In this document: positions 1 through 9,049 of the stretch, in pieces
Layout of the letters: each line of letters begins with the position of its first letter
Position numbering within the stretch: the stretch's first letter is position 1
Assembly (NCBI GenBank): GCA_039588295.1
Contig: JBDHAB010000001.1
Location: 128,001 to 192,000, forward strand
Reading direction: 5' to 3'
DNA length: 64,000 nucleotides
Origin: Gemmatimonadota bacterium
GTDB taxonomy: Bacteria > Gemmatimonadota > Gemmatimonadetes > Gemmatimonadales > GWC2-71-9
The notes under the pieces: generated by a model
The model's input: the letters and a program-made list of their open reading frames with translations, nothing else
Told to the model about the DNA's origin: nothing
The model's database searches: none
Program-made: the position numbers and the translations under genes

Positions 1-645
1 GATCTCTTCCTGCGCGTCGACCAGGGATAATTGCCGTTGCACGTGAATCAACACGCGACGCAGGCGCTCTTCGATGCCGCGCGTTTCCAGCAGCGCTTGG
101 CGCTCAGCCGGTGAGATTTCGATATAGCCCGCCACCAGGTCGCCAAAACGTCCCGGCTCCTCGACGCCCTCGAGTACCTGCTCCACCACCTCCTGCGGCA
201 ACCCCATCTTGAGTCCGAGTTCCGAAGCGCGCTCACGGACTTCCTTGTGGAGCGCGACGAACGCGGCGTCTTCCGAGTCGAGCGGCGGAAGATCGGGAGC
301 CTCCTGCACCACCGCCTCGATGAAGCCGCTCGACTCGGAGTACTGCAGGACGGCAGCCCGGTACTCTCCATGGAGCAGCAGTTGGATGCCACCGAGTCCC
401 CGCTGCACCTGCCCCACGCGAGCGACGGTACCGGTCGTATAAAGGACTTCGGGCTGTGCTTGCTCGACGTTGTCCCGCTGCGCAACTGCGAAGATCAGGT
501 GATCCTCGTTCTTGATCGCCGCTTCGATCGCGCGCAGGGTCGCCGGGCGACCCGCACCGATCGGTGCAGTCACGCCCGGGAACATCACCGTCTCCCGGAG
601 AGGGAGCACGGGCAAGCGCAAGCGGCTCGATTGCCGGTCAGTCAT
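1..645 (-). CDS. lon: ATP-dependent protease La (Lon), N-terminal part; runs off the window
   Basis: Not in the ORF track because it is open-ended. Manual translation from ATG 645 gives MTDRQSSRLRLPVLPLRETVMFPGVTAPIGAGR...IFAVAQRD...EERLRRVLIHVQRQLSLVDAQEEI, typical of the Lon N-domain (LPVLPLR..V.FP). Confidence 0.9.
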   Translation of the reverse strand, partial: MTDRQSSRLRLPVLPLRETVMFPGVTAPIGAGRPATLRAIEAAIKNEDHLIFAVAQRDNVEQAQPEVLYTTGTVARVGQVQRGLGGIQLLLHGEYRAAVLQYSESSGFIEAVVQEAPDLPPLDSEDAAFVALHKEVRERASELGLKMGLPQEVVEQVLEGVEEPGRFGDLVAGYIEISPAERQALLETRGIEERLRRVLIHVQRQLSLVDAQEEI

Positions 646-835
646 TCTCACCTCGTCGGCGGGCGCTTGCCCGCCGTGTCGTCTGCGTCGGATTCACCGG
701 CGCGCGAGAAACATGCCAGGTGAAACCCGGAAAACGGGTCATTCTAGCGCCTTCAACACCTCGTTTGACGGTCGGGTTCCTGCCGAAACTACCGCGGTGG
801 AGAGCTGCCTGCCACATTGGCGGAGACAGCAGGTG

Positions 836-1081
836 TTACGGTGCGCGCGGGGCGACGTTGAGGAGGGCCCGGAGCTCGGATTCCGTCAGCTGTTCGAACA
901 AGCCAGCCCGCGCCTGCACTTCACGGGCGGCCTCGGACCCGTCCGACATACACTCAAAACGAATGATATCAGCCGGTTCCGGGAATGCGCGTTTGGATTT
1001 CCCGGTCGGGATCAACCCCGAGGTCCGCCCAACCCGCTCCGCGGACCACCGGCGACCCGTATCGTCCGTCACCCAACGCAT
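836..1081 (-). CDS. small hypothetical protein
   Basis: ORF 836..1120, probable ATG at 1081 (MRWVTDDTGRRWSAERVGRTSG...LEQLTESELRALL). Fills the gap between lon and the kinase and has protein-like composition. Confidence 0.55.
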   Translation of the reverse strand: MRWVTDDTGRRWSAERVGRTSGLIPTGKSKRAFPEPADIIRFECMSDGSEAAREVQARAGLFEQLTESELRALLNVAPRAP

Positions 1082-1163
1082 CGATGGCCTTTGCTCGGGT
1101 AGCCTCCGGTTGCCCCTCACCTAGGGGTACGTTAATCTATCCCCGGTCTGGAGCTTATGCTAC

Positions 1164-3044
1164 ATGGAAGAGGCGAAACAGGGACCGCTTGCTGCGCGTC
1201 TGGCAGACATTCTTACCGGTGCCTATGAGATCGAGGGCGAGATCGGGCGCGGCGGCATGGGCATCGTCTACAGCGCCCGCGATGTCAAACTGAAACGCCG
1301 CGTTGCGATAAAACTCCTCCCCCCCGAACTCGCATTCCGCCAAGAGATCCGCACACGGTTTACCCGCGAGGCGCAGACCGCCGCCCGTCTTTCGCATCCA
1401 CACATCGTTCCGATCCACAGCGTCGGCGAAGATGCCGGCCTTGTCTACTTCGTGATGGGGTATGTGGACGGCGAATCTCTGGCTGCGCGCCTCCGCCGTC
1501 GGGAGCGGCTGCCGGCCGACGAAGCCCGTCGCATTATGAAGGAAACGGCGGATGCCCTCGGGCTCGCGCACGCGATGGGGGTCGTTCACCGCGACATCAA
1601 GCCGGACAACATTCTGCTTGAAGGCACCCGCCGCCGGGTCATGGTCACCGATTTCGGGATCGCCAAGGCACTTTCCGATGCCAGCGGGGGGACCCTCACC
1701 GGGACCGGCGTTGCCATCGGGACCCCGGCGTACATGAGCCCTGAGCAAGCCGCGGGGGAACGAGAGATCGATGCGCGCAGCGATCTCTACTCGCTCGGCG
1801 TCGTCGCGTACGAGATGCTCACCGGTGAAGTGCCGTTCAAGGCGCCCACCGTGGCCGGGATCCTCCTCAAGCAAGTCACGCAGCCGGTTCCGAACATTCT
1901 CCAGTCCCGCCCTGACTGCCCTGAGGATCTTGCGACCACCGTGCTGCGCTGCCTCGACAAGGAGGCCGACAGGCGCTGGCCCACGGCAGACGCGTTACGC
2001 CGAGCGCTCGAGAGCCGCTCCGTCGCCCCGTACCGCCCGCGCTCGCCCCTGTCACGCCGCCCGGCCCGCCCCCGTCCTGCGCCCGCGAACCGTGACTCTG
2101 ATTGGTGGGAATGGTTCGAGGAGGGCAAGCAGTCTCCCGAACGCCGACGCCACGCGCTACGGGAGCGACGGGCGGAAGCCCGTCAACCCGCAAAAGCAAA
2201 GCCAGAGAAGGGCGGGGAGCCGGGCATCGTCCGGAAATTCCGTGCGAATTTTGCCTCCTATGTCTCGGTGAACGGCGGCCTGCTGCTCCTCAACGTCGTC
2301 ACCGGCATCGAGTCCCCCTGGTTCCTGTTCCCGGCGATCGGCTGGGGCATCGGATTGGCCTCCCAATACGGCCGGCTTTGGTCATCCGGATACAGCATGC
2401 GGGATGTACTCAACCGCCCAGCGGCGGTGGACGCGCTCCCCTCGCCATCAAAGCCGGGCAGCCACGCCCGCGCCGAGCCGCGGCTCCCCGAACCCACCTC
2501 GGGGGAGTTCGGCAGGGCAGCGGGCCAGATCGAACAGATGCGCAAGGATCAAGCGGCGATCGCTCGGCTCGTGGAGCGGCTGCCAGAGTCGGAACGAGAC
2601 ATGCTGCCGGACGTGGGACCCACGGTCGAGGCGCTCTACCAGCGTGCGGTTGAGCTGGCCCGAACGCTTCAGCAGATGGAAGGAACCGTGGACAACGACG
2701 CGCTCGCCGATTTGGATGGGCGCATCGAGGAGATTCAGCGGGAGAGCCAGAGCGCTGAGAAGGATCGACGGCTCGACCTGTTACGCCGCCAGCGCGCGAC
2801 CCTGGCCGAGCTTGTTTCGCGTCGGGATAAGGTCGAAGCGCAGTTCGAATCCTGCGTGCTCGCCATTCAGAACGTCCGCTTCGACCTGTTGCGACTCCGC
2901 TCCGCAGGCGTCGCCGAGGTGCTGAGCGACCTCACCTCCGCCACGCAAGCTGCGCGCGCGCTGCAGATCGACGTTGAGGCAGCCATCGATGCAGCCGGGG
3001 AGATCAAACAGGCCTTGGGGCGGGGCACGACCGCAAAGCCCTGA
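1164..3044 (+). CDS. Hanks-type Ser/Thr protein kinase with 2TM membrane hairpin and C-terminal coiled coil
   Basis: Kinase motifs IGRGGMG, VAIK, HRDIKPDN, DFG, GTPAYMSPE. Hydrophobic 2TM-like segment YVSVNGGLLLLNVVTG...WFLFPAIGWGIGL. Confidence 0.93.
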   Translation: MEEAKQGPLAARLADILTGAYEIEGEIGRGGMGIVYSARDVKLKRRVAIKLLPPELAFRQEIRTRFTREAQTAARLSHPHIVPIHSVGEDAGLVYFVMGYVDGESLAARLRRRERLPADEARRIMKETADALGLAHAMGVVHRDIKPDNILLEGTRRRVMVTDFGIAKALSDASGGTLTGTGVAIGTPAYMSPEQAAGEREIDARSDLYSLGVVAYEMLTGEVPFKAPTVAGILLKQVTQPVPNILQSRPDCPEDLATTVLRCLDKEADRRWPTADALRRALESRSVAPYRPRSPLSRRPARPRPAPANRDSDWWEWFEEGKQSPERRRHALRERRAEARQPAKAKPEKGGEPGIVRKFRANFASYVSVNGGLLLLNVVTGIESPWFLFPAIGWGIGLASQYGRLWSSGYSMRDVLNRPAAVDALPSPSKPGSHARAEPRLPEPTSGEFGRAAGQIEQMRKDQAAIARLVERLPESERDMLPDVGPTVEALYQRAVELARTLQQMEGTVDNDALADLDGRIEEIQRESQSAEKDRRLDLLRRQRATLAELVSRRDKVEAQFESCVLAIQNVRFDLLRLRSAGVAEVLSDLTSATQAARALQIDVEAAIDAAGEIKQALGRGTTAKP

Positions 3045-3119
3045 CAGGTGGCGTAGCAGTGTCACCGAGCACCTGCATGCGCGTGGGTGTCAGCCGCGTC
3101 CGATCTCGCTATCTCGACA

Positions 3120-5270
3120 TCAGAAGCGATGCAATGCCTGAATAGCTGTCTTCAAGTCGCTGACCTGGGGCAGAATCACGTCTTCTAGCTCAGGCGAATA
3201 GGCCACGAACGTATCCATCGACCCCACGCGACGCACCGGCGCATCGAGCCACGTGAACCACTCGTCTGCCACCCGGGCGGCGATCTCCGATCCGTATCCC
3301 CAGGAGAGGTTGTCTTCATACGCGACGAGTACCTTGTTCGTCTTCTGCACCGAGCGACCAATGGTCTCCCAGTCAACGGGGTTGAGTGAGCGAAGGTCGA
3401 GTACCTCGGTGCTGATGCCCTCGGACTCCTCCAGTTCCTTGGCTGCGGTCACCGACCGTTGGACGACCGCACCGTACGTCACCACAGTGAGGTCCGTTCC
3501 CTCCCGCACGACCTTCGCCTTTCCAAACGGGATCATGAAATTCCGTCCGGGATACGGTGCCTTGTTGTAGGTCTGACGGTACAGATGCTTGTGCTCGAGA
3601 AAGACCACCGGATCGTCGCAGCGAATCGCTGTGCGCAACAACCCGTTGGCGTCGAGCGCGGTGGCCGGACACACAACCCGCAGGCCGGGGATGCCGGTAT
3701 ACACCGCGGCACCAGTCTGCGAGTGGTAGATCGCGCCGCCCTTCAGGTAGCCACCGTAGGTGACTCGCACAACGACAGGCGCGCTGAAGGCGTTGTTGCT
3801 TCGCCAGCGCAGCAGCGCCAACTCATTCCGAATTTGGTGATACGCGGGCCAGATGTAATCGAAGAACTGAATCTCGACCACGGGCTTGATGCCTCGGGTG
3901 GCAAGTCCGATGGCACGCCCGACAATGTTCGCCTCGGCGAGCGGTGAGTTGTAGACGCGGTCGCTGCCGAACTGCTTTTGTAACCCCCACGTCACTTTGA
4001 ACACGCCACCCTTGCCTTTGACTTGCTCGAGGTGCTCGTCTCGAGAAACATCCGCAATATCCTCCCCGAACACGACGATCCGGGGGTCACGCTCCATTTC
4101 GTCACGCAGGCACTTGTTGAGCAGGTCCACCATCGTGGTGGGATCGTTCTCGAACTGAGGATCGTCCTCCGTGTCGAACGAGTCAGCGGTGGGATCCACG
4201 TCAGGCGAGTACACATAGAGATGGACCGTGTCCGGCGCCGGTTGCGGCGATGCCAACGCCACCTCGGTCGCCAGCTCAACCTCCTCCTCGACCTGCGCTC
4301 GGATTTCGTCGAGCTCCGGCTCAGTGGCCACCCCCCGCTCGATGAGCTGCGCGGGAAACGTGAGCAGTGGATCGCGGAGTGCTTCCTCGTCGCGTTCCTT
4401 GCTGGACCTGTAGTGAACCTCGTCGTCCGAAAGCGAATGCGAGTACGGTCGAATGACGTCAGCGTGAATCAACGCCGGGCCCTTTCGCGCGCGACAGTGC
4501 GCCACCGCGCCCGCCAACACCTCGTAGGAGAGAATCGGGTCGCACCCGTCCATGTCGTCCACGTAGAGGTTTGGAAAGCAGGAAACCAGACTGCTGATCG
4601 ACCCACCCGCCGTTTGCACCTCCACCGGCACCGAGATGGCGTAACCGTTGTCTTCGACGAGGAACAACACGGGCAACTGCAGGTTACTGGCGGTGTTGAG
4701 CGCCTCCCAAAACTCTCCCTCGCTCGTGGTCCCGTCTCCCGACGTGCACAACACAACCTCGTCACGTTGAATCCGAGTGTCCCGATCCGGAATGCTCTCG
4801 ATGCGATCGTAGCGCAGCCACGCCTCGGCACAGCCTACGGCGTTCAGGAACTGTGTACCGGTGGGGCTCGAGCTGCTGACGATGTTGAACGCGTGGTGCC
4901 CCCAGTGCGACGGCATCTGTCGTCCACCCGAGTTCGGATCGTCCGCGGCGGCGACCGCCGACAGGAGCATCTCGGTGGGAGTCATTCCCAGGGCAAGGCA
5001 CAGCGCACGGTCACGGTAGTACGGGTAGAACCAATCGTACCCGGACTTCAGGATCTTACCGGCCGCAACCAGCACGCCCTCATGTCCGGCTCCGGAGATC
5101 TGGAAGAAGATCTTGTTCTGCCGCTTGAGCTGAATCTCCTTGTCGTCGAGGCGGCGAGACATGACCATGATCCGGTACATGTCGAGGAGCTCTTGCTTCT
5201 CGAACCGCGAAGCGCGGCGTTTCCGTCTGGGGCTCGTGGAGATTCCTTCGGGTGTCGCTCGGGAGGTCAT
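3120..5270 (-). CDS. 2-oxoacid dehydrogenase E1, fused alpha/beta subunits (branched-chain type likely)
   Basis: TPP motif [15 protein letters not shown]...EDNGYAIS and beta-subunit motifs ([30 protein letters not shown]) in one 716-aa ORF. Confidence 0.93.
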   Translation of the reverse strand: MTSRATPEGISTSPRRKRRASRFEKQELLDMYRIMVMSRRLDDKEIQLKRQNKIFFQISGAGHEGVLVAAGKILKSGYDWFYPYYRDRALCLALGMTPTEMLLSAVAAADDPNSGGRQMPSHWGHHAFNIVSSSSPTGTQFLNAVGCAEAWLRYDRIESIPDRDTRIQRDEVVLCTSGDGTTSEGEFWEALNTASNLQLPVLFLVEDNGYAISVPVEVQTAGGSISSLVSCFPNLYVDDMDGCDPILSYEVLAGAVAHCRARKGPALIHADVIRPYSHSLSDDEVHYRSSKERDEEALRDPLLTFPAQLIERGVATEPELDEIRAQVEEEVELATEVALASPQPAPDTVHLYVYSPDVDPTADSFDTEDDPQFENDPTTMVDLLNKCLRDEMERDPRIVVFGEDIADVSRDEHLEQVKGKGGVFKVTWGLQKQFGSDRVYNSPLAEANIVGRAIGLATRGIKPVVEIQFFDYIWPAYHQIRNELALLRWRSNNAFSAPVVVRVTYGGYLKGGAIYHSQTGAAVYTGIPGLRVVCPATALDANGLLRTAIRCDDPVVFLEHKHLYRQTYNKAPYPGRNFMIPFGKAKVVREGTDLTVVTYGAVVQRSVTAAKELEESEGISTEVLDLRSLNPVDWETIGRSVQKTNKVLVAYEDNLSWGYGSEIAARVADEWFTWLDAPVRRVGSMDTFVAYSPELEDVILPQVSDLKTAIQALHRF

Positions 5271-5289
5271 GGGGCGTAAAGATAGTCCA

Positions 5290-5541
5290 TCATCGACGCT
5301 TCGTCAGCTTACGCAGGCTCTCCAACTTCTCCAGCGTCGACTGCGACGCTGGCTTCTCCCCAGCGGTTGCGAGCGCATCCCGGATGTCCAGCAGAACCTC
5401 CAAGATCAGCTGCTCGCGCTGAAACGACGCATCAAGCTGCGCCATGCGACTCGCGTCACCTACCTCGGAGGCACGCGCGTATTCCTCCCGATAGATAGTC
5501 TCGAGATTGGTCAGGATGCGTTCTCGTGGACGTGGTTCCAT
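5290..5541 (-). CDS. hypothetical helical protein (83 aa)
   Basis: ATG ORF with GGTGGA upstream, co-oriented within the minus-strand cluster. Confidence 0.65.
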   Translation of the reverse strand: MEPRPRERILTNLETIYREEYARASEVGDASRMAQLDASFQREQLILEVLLDIRDALATAGEKPASQSTLEKLESLRKLTKRR

Positions 5542-5593
5542 GATCCACCATCATGAATGACGGAGGCTCGCTGTATCAACGATTGACCGAGCG

Positions 5594-6841
5594 TCACGAC
5601 CCATACCGCATCCCAACGATACCCCCGGGGACCTTCGGTGTGAAATAGGTCGACTTCGGTGGCATGGCGGCACCCGCGTCCGCCACCGCAAGGACCTGAT
5701 CGATCGATGTCGGGTTGATGAGCACCCCCGCAGCGGCCCGACCTGCTTCGACCTCCCTGATGACGATATCGACATACGGACTGTAGTCGACGCGCCCGTC
5801 CGATCCCGCAGCTGCAAGAATGTCCTTCACGACCAGAGCGTCGACGCGTGCGACATCCAAGGACGCGACGGTCGGCTCGTTGGCAGACGGCAATTCACCG
5901 AGGCGCGCCGTGCTCTTCAGCAGCAATGCGTACGCCCGCCCGCCCGGGAGCACCACAACGCACGCCGTTCCACGAGTATGGAGCTGGTGTAGTTCGTCCA
6001 GGTAGTCGGACTGGCTCGCGAGCTGGTGCACCTGAAACCGTTCCTGGAGCAGGGCCAATATGGCATCCGGCTCGATCGCCGTGCCGGATATCAGCCGAAA
6101 CGTCGGCAGAGCGACTAGACCAGGATCCTGGCATGAGACCACGAGGGTCGGCACCCGTTCGGCAGCCGGGTTTTCCGCCCCATAGGCGGTCGCTGTCTCG
6201 TAGCGGTGATGTCCATCCCCGATGTAGATCGCATCGCGGCCTGCCACCGCCGCTAACTCCTCGGCGCGCACACCCTCCACTGGCCACACCTCGAGCCCGA
6301 CTCCCTGCAGCTCCGCCCTGGCCGCTGGAACTTCGTCCGTGACGCTCCGAAGCTCCTCCAGCAATCGTCCCTCCTGATCCCGCGAAAACATCAACAGCGC
6401 TTCGAACATCGTGCTTGTTGCTCGCAGCAACGCCAGACGGTTTTTTTTCGGCCCCGCATGGGTCTGCTCGTGCGGTTTCACCCGACCACGGGCGAAGGAC
6501 TCCGCAACGACACCCCCGATCACCCCGGTGCGTTCATGCTGGGTGCCCAGCGGTATGGTGAATGTCTGGCGTAGCACCGTCACCATCGGACCGGGGTCAG
6601 GCACGAGGACCCCCGTCTTCCGCCATTCAGAGAGCAGGCGGGCGGCGGTATCGTAGCAATCGTCACCGGCTTCTGGAAGATTGACGCGAACGACATTGTG
6701 TGGACTCTGCAGGGCCAGTCGTTCCCGCTCCGCGGCATCGATCACGTCGTACGGCGGAGCGATGACCTTGCTCAGCTCCTCGGTCGCCGCGTAGCGCTCG
6801 CCGACAAAGGCGGTAACCAGGGGTCGGATATCAGCGCTCAT
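5594..6841 (-). CDS. DUF1015 family protein
   Basis: Motifs VIAPPYDVI, VKPHEQT, YIGDGHHRYET, MPPKSTYFTPK. Probable ATG at 6841. Confidence 0.88.
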   Translation of the reverse strand: MSADIRPLVTAFVGERYAATEELSKVIAPPYDVIDAAERERLALQSPHNVVRVNLPEAGDDCYDTAARLLSEWRKTGVLVPDPGPMVTVLRQTFTIPLGTQHERTGVIGGVVAESFARGRVKPHEQTHAGPKKNRLALLRATSTMFEALLMFSRDQEGRLLEELRSVTDEVPAARAELQGVGLEVWPVEGVRAEELAAVAGRDAIYIGDGHHRYETATAYGAENPAAERVPTLVVSCQDPGLVALPTFRLISGTAIEPDAILALLQERFQVHQLASQSDYLDELHQLHTRGTACVVVLPGGRAYALLLKSTARLGELPSANEPTVASLDVARVDALVVKDILAAAGSDGRVDYSPYVDIVIREVEAGRAAAGVLINPTSIDQVLAVADAGAAMPPKSTYFTPKVPGGIVGMRYGS

Positions 6842-6860
6842 CCGCGGTTGATCCCCCCTT

Positions 6861-7769
6861 TCACCGTGTCTTGCCTCGGGCCCATGGACGTGCGGCCTGC
6901 TGAGCTTCACTCAACATCTGTCGATACGATTCGAGCCGACTCGTTGCAAGATCGCCTCGCGTCACCGCTTCGACGATCGCACAGCCTGGCTCCTGGAGAT
7001 GCCGGCAGTTGTCGAAGCGACAATCCGCTGTCCACTGCGCGAATTCGGGAAACGCGGCAGCTACCTCTCGTGGCTCGAGCCCCCATAACCCGATGTCCCG
7101 AAGGCCTGGAGAATCGACGACAAACCCTCCCTGACCGAAGCGGTGCATCTCTGCCGAAACCGTCGTGTGCCGCCCGCTGCGCGCCCGCTTGCTGACCGCC
7201 GCCGTGCGCAGGCGAAGGCCGGGCTGCAGCGCGTTGAGCAGGCTCGACTTTCCTACGCCCGTCGGACCGCTCAGCACGGATGCCTGGTTCTCGAGCAGGC
7301 GTCGCAGATCTTCCATCCCCTGTCTGTTTGGCACCGAAGTGTAGACTACCGGATATCCAGCCTTCTCGTACGGCCGACCGAGGACATCCCACTCGACCAC
7401 GAGATCACACTTGTTGACCACTACCGCCACGGGGAGCCCATTCGCGGCCGCCACAACTGTGAACCGATCGATCAAGCTCGCGTCCCACATGGGGTGCCGT
7501 GCCGAGCCGACGACAACAACCCGGTCGACGTTCGCCGCTATGTGGCGCACCCCTCGCGTGCGCCCAGGAGAGCGGCGCTTGAGCACCGAACGCCGCGGCC
7601 CGACCCGCTCGATCGTCGACGTACCGTCGCTAAGGCGGTGGAGGACGACCTCGTCGCCCACAAGGACCTGCGACCCGGCGCTCTGCTTCAAGCGACCCCG
7701 GAGACTCGCCTCGAGGACGGTGCCCTGGCAGAAGATCCGGTAGCGGCCCCCCGTCTTCGAGAGGACCAC
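6861..7769 (-). CDS. rsgA: ribosome small subunit-dependent GTPase A
   Basis: Circularly permuted GTPase motifs NKCD, GPTGVGKSS, GRHTT, DSPG, and Zn finger CRFDNCRHLQEPGC. Confidence 0.95.
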   Translation of the reverse strand: MVLSKTGGRYRIFCQGTVLEASLRGRLKQSAGSQVLVGDEVVLHRLSDGTSTIERVGPRRSVLKRRSPGRTRGVRHIAANVDRVVVVGSARHPMWDASLIDRFTVVAAANGLPVAVVVNKCDLVVEWDVLGRPYEKAGYPVVYTSVPNRQGMEDLRRLLENQASVLSGPTGVGKSSLLNALQPGLRLRTAAVSKRARSGRHTTVSAEMHRFGQGGFVVDSPGLRDIGLWGLEPREVAAAFPEFAQWTADCRFDNCRHLQEPGCAIVEAVTRGDLATSRLESYRQMLSEAQQAARPWARGKTR

Positions 7770-7780
7770 GCCGTGTTGCT

Positions 7781-8101
7781 CTACCAGGCTAGCCCCTCAC
7801 GTTGCGTCACGATTGCCTGGTCGAGGTGGTGCTTCACGGCGTGAAGGCTGAGCTCACGTATCTTCGCCTCAGCCTCCTCAGGTGTGTCACCAAAGACGAG
7901 GTTCGGCGTCTCCACGTGGCCTACGGTCTGCGATCCCGACGGGGACCACCGAACAAAGAGAACCGCTGCACCGAACCGTCCCTCCGCATTTGGTTCGCCA
8001 TCGACGAAGACCGCCGCCGAGTATGCGTGACCATCCGACCCCTCGAACGCCGGAGGACGATCGTGCACGTCGATATAGCCACCCAGCGTCGAATCCCGCA
8101 T
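7781..8101 (-). CDS. hypothetical protein (106 aa)
   Basis: ATG directly abuts the stop of the upstream proline dehydrogenase (TAG-ATG) and fills the operon gap. Confidence 0.7.
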   Translation of the reverse strand: MRDSTLGGYIDVHDRPPAFEGSDGHAYSAAVFVDGEPNAEGRFGAAVLFVRWSPSGSQTVGHVETPNLVFGDTPEEAEAKIRELSLHAVKHHLDQAIVTQREGLAW

Positions 8102-9034
8102 CTACCGGAGACGGAACGTCTCTTTGGCAACGCTGCTCGCCATGAAGGCAATGTTGGCGGGGCGCTCAGCCAATCGCCGCATCAAGTAAGGATACCAGTG
8201 GGTACCGAACGGTACATAGACGCGGATGTTATATCCCTGCCCCCGCAGGGAGCTCTGGAGATCACGGCGAACCCCGTAAAGCATCTGGAACTCGAACCGT
8301 TCTGCTGGAATGGCCCGCTCTTTCACGAAAGCGAGCGTTGCGTCGATCAGGGCCTCGTCGTGCGTGGCGATACCCGGATAGTTCCCGTTCTCGAGCAGCT
8401 TGCGCATGAGGTTGATGAAGGAGTCGCTGACTTCCTTGCGTTCCTGAAACGCCACCTCGACGGGTTCGGCATACGCGCCCTTGCACAGCCGCACCTGCGC
8501 CCCGCGGGCGATCAGTTCGTCCACGTCTTGCTCGGACCGTCGCAGGTAGCTTTGGATCACCACGCCAGTTGCCTCTCCGAACGCCGGGTGCAGATCATCG
8601 TAGAAGAGCGCCAGCGTCGCCTCGGTGTACTGGGAACTCTCCATGTCCATCCGAACGAAGACGTTGCTCTCCTTCGCGCGCGTAAGCACGGCATGCATGT
8701 TCTCGGCGCACAGCTGGCCGTCAATGTCGAGCCCGAGTTGCGTGAGTTTCACCGAGACATTCCCGTCCAGGCCAGCCGTTGCCAGGCCGTCGATCGTGCG
8801 CAGCACCTCGTCGCGGGCTGCGTGCGTCTCTTCTGCCGAGGAAACGCTCTCCCCAAGCAGATCCAAGCTCACCGTGATACCGCGGGCTTTCAGCGTCCGT
8901 GCGGCCTCGACAGCGCTCTCGAGCGTTTCGCCAGCGACAAAGCGGGACGCGATTCGCCGGGCCGCATCGTTCCGCTTGATGAAATTGAAGACCCCCGATT
9001 GTTCACTGAGCCAGAGGAACGTGCGTCGCAGCAT
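8102..9034 (-). CDS. monofunctional proline dehydrogenase
   Basis: Motifs RFVAGE, SVKLTQLG, VRMDME, RLCKGAY, IATHD, FQMLYG, YLMRRLAERPAN. Confidence 0.95.
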   Translation of the reverse strand: MLRRTFLWLSEQSGVFNFIKRNDAARRIASRFVAGETLESAVEAARTLKARGITVSLDLLGESVSSAEETHAARDEVLRTIDGLATAGLDGNVSVKLTQLGLDIDGQLCAENMHAVLTRAKESNVFVRMDMESSQYTEATLALFYDDLHPAFGEATGVVIQSYLRRSEQDVDELIARGAQVRLCKGAYAEPVEVAFQERKEVSDSFINLMRKLLENGNYPGIATHDEALIDATLAFVKERAIPAERFEFQMLYGVRRDLQSSLRGQGYNIRVYVPFGTHWYPYLMRRLAERPANIAFMASSVAKETFRLR

Positions 9035-9049
9035 GCGCTGATCGCCGCC

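Noticed and set aside
247..1124. Plus-strand ORFs at the left end
   Set aside because: The real coding frame is minus-strand lon (1..645) plus a small minus-strand ORF. The plus-strand ORFs are antisense shadows.
3120..5270. Fused E1 alpha/beta dehydrogenase as a novelty
   Set aside because: Such fusions are well known in several bacterial phyla.
4023..5279. Long antisense ORFs (e.g. 4023..5279, 7802..9058, 14788..16110, 31262..32695, 34750..36084) and the same-strand alternate frame 46690..48276
   Set aside because: Shadow ORFs of well-supported genes, expected in high-GC DNA, with no recognisable motifs.
6441..6448. T8 homopolymer in the DUF1015 gene as a phase-variation tract
   Set aside because: The frame is intact (encodes KKN) and the run is short. 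There is no evidence of slippage.
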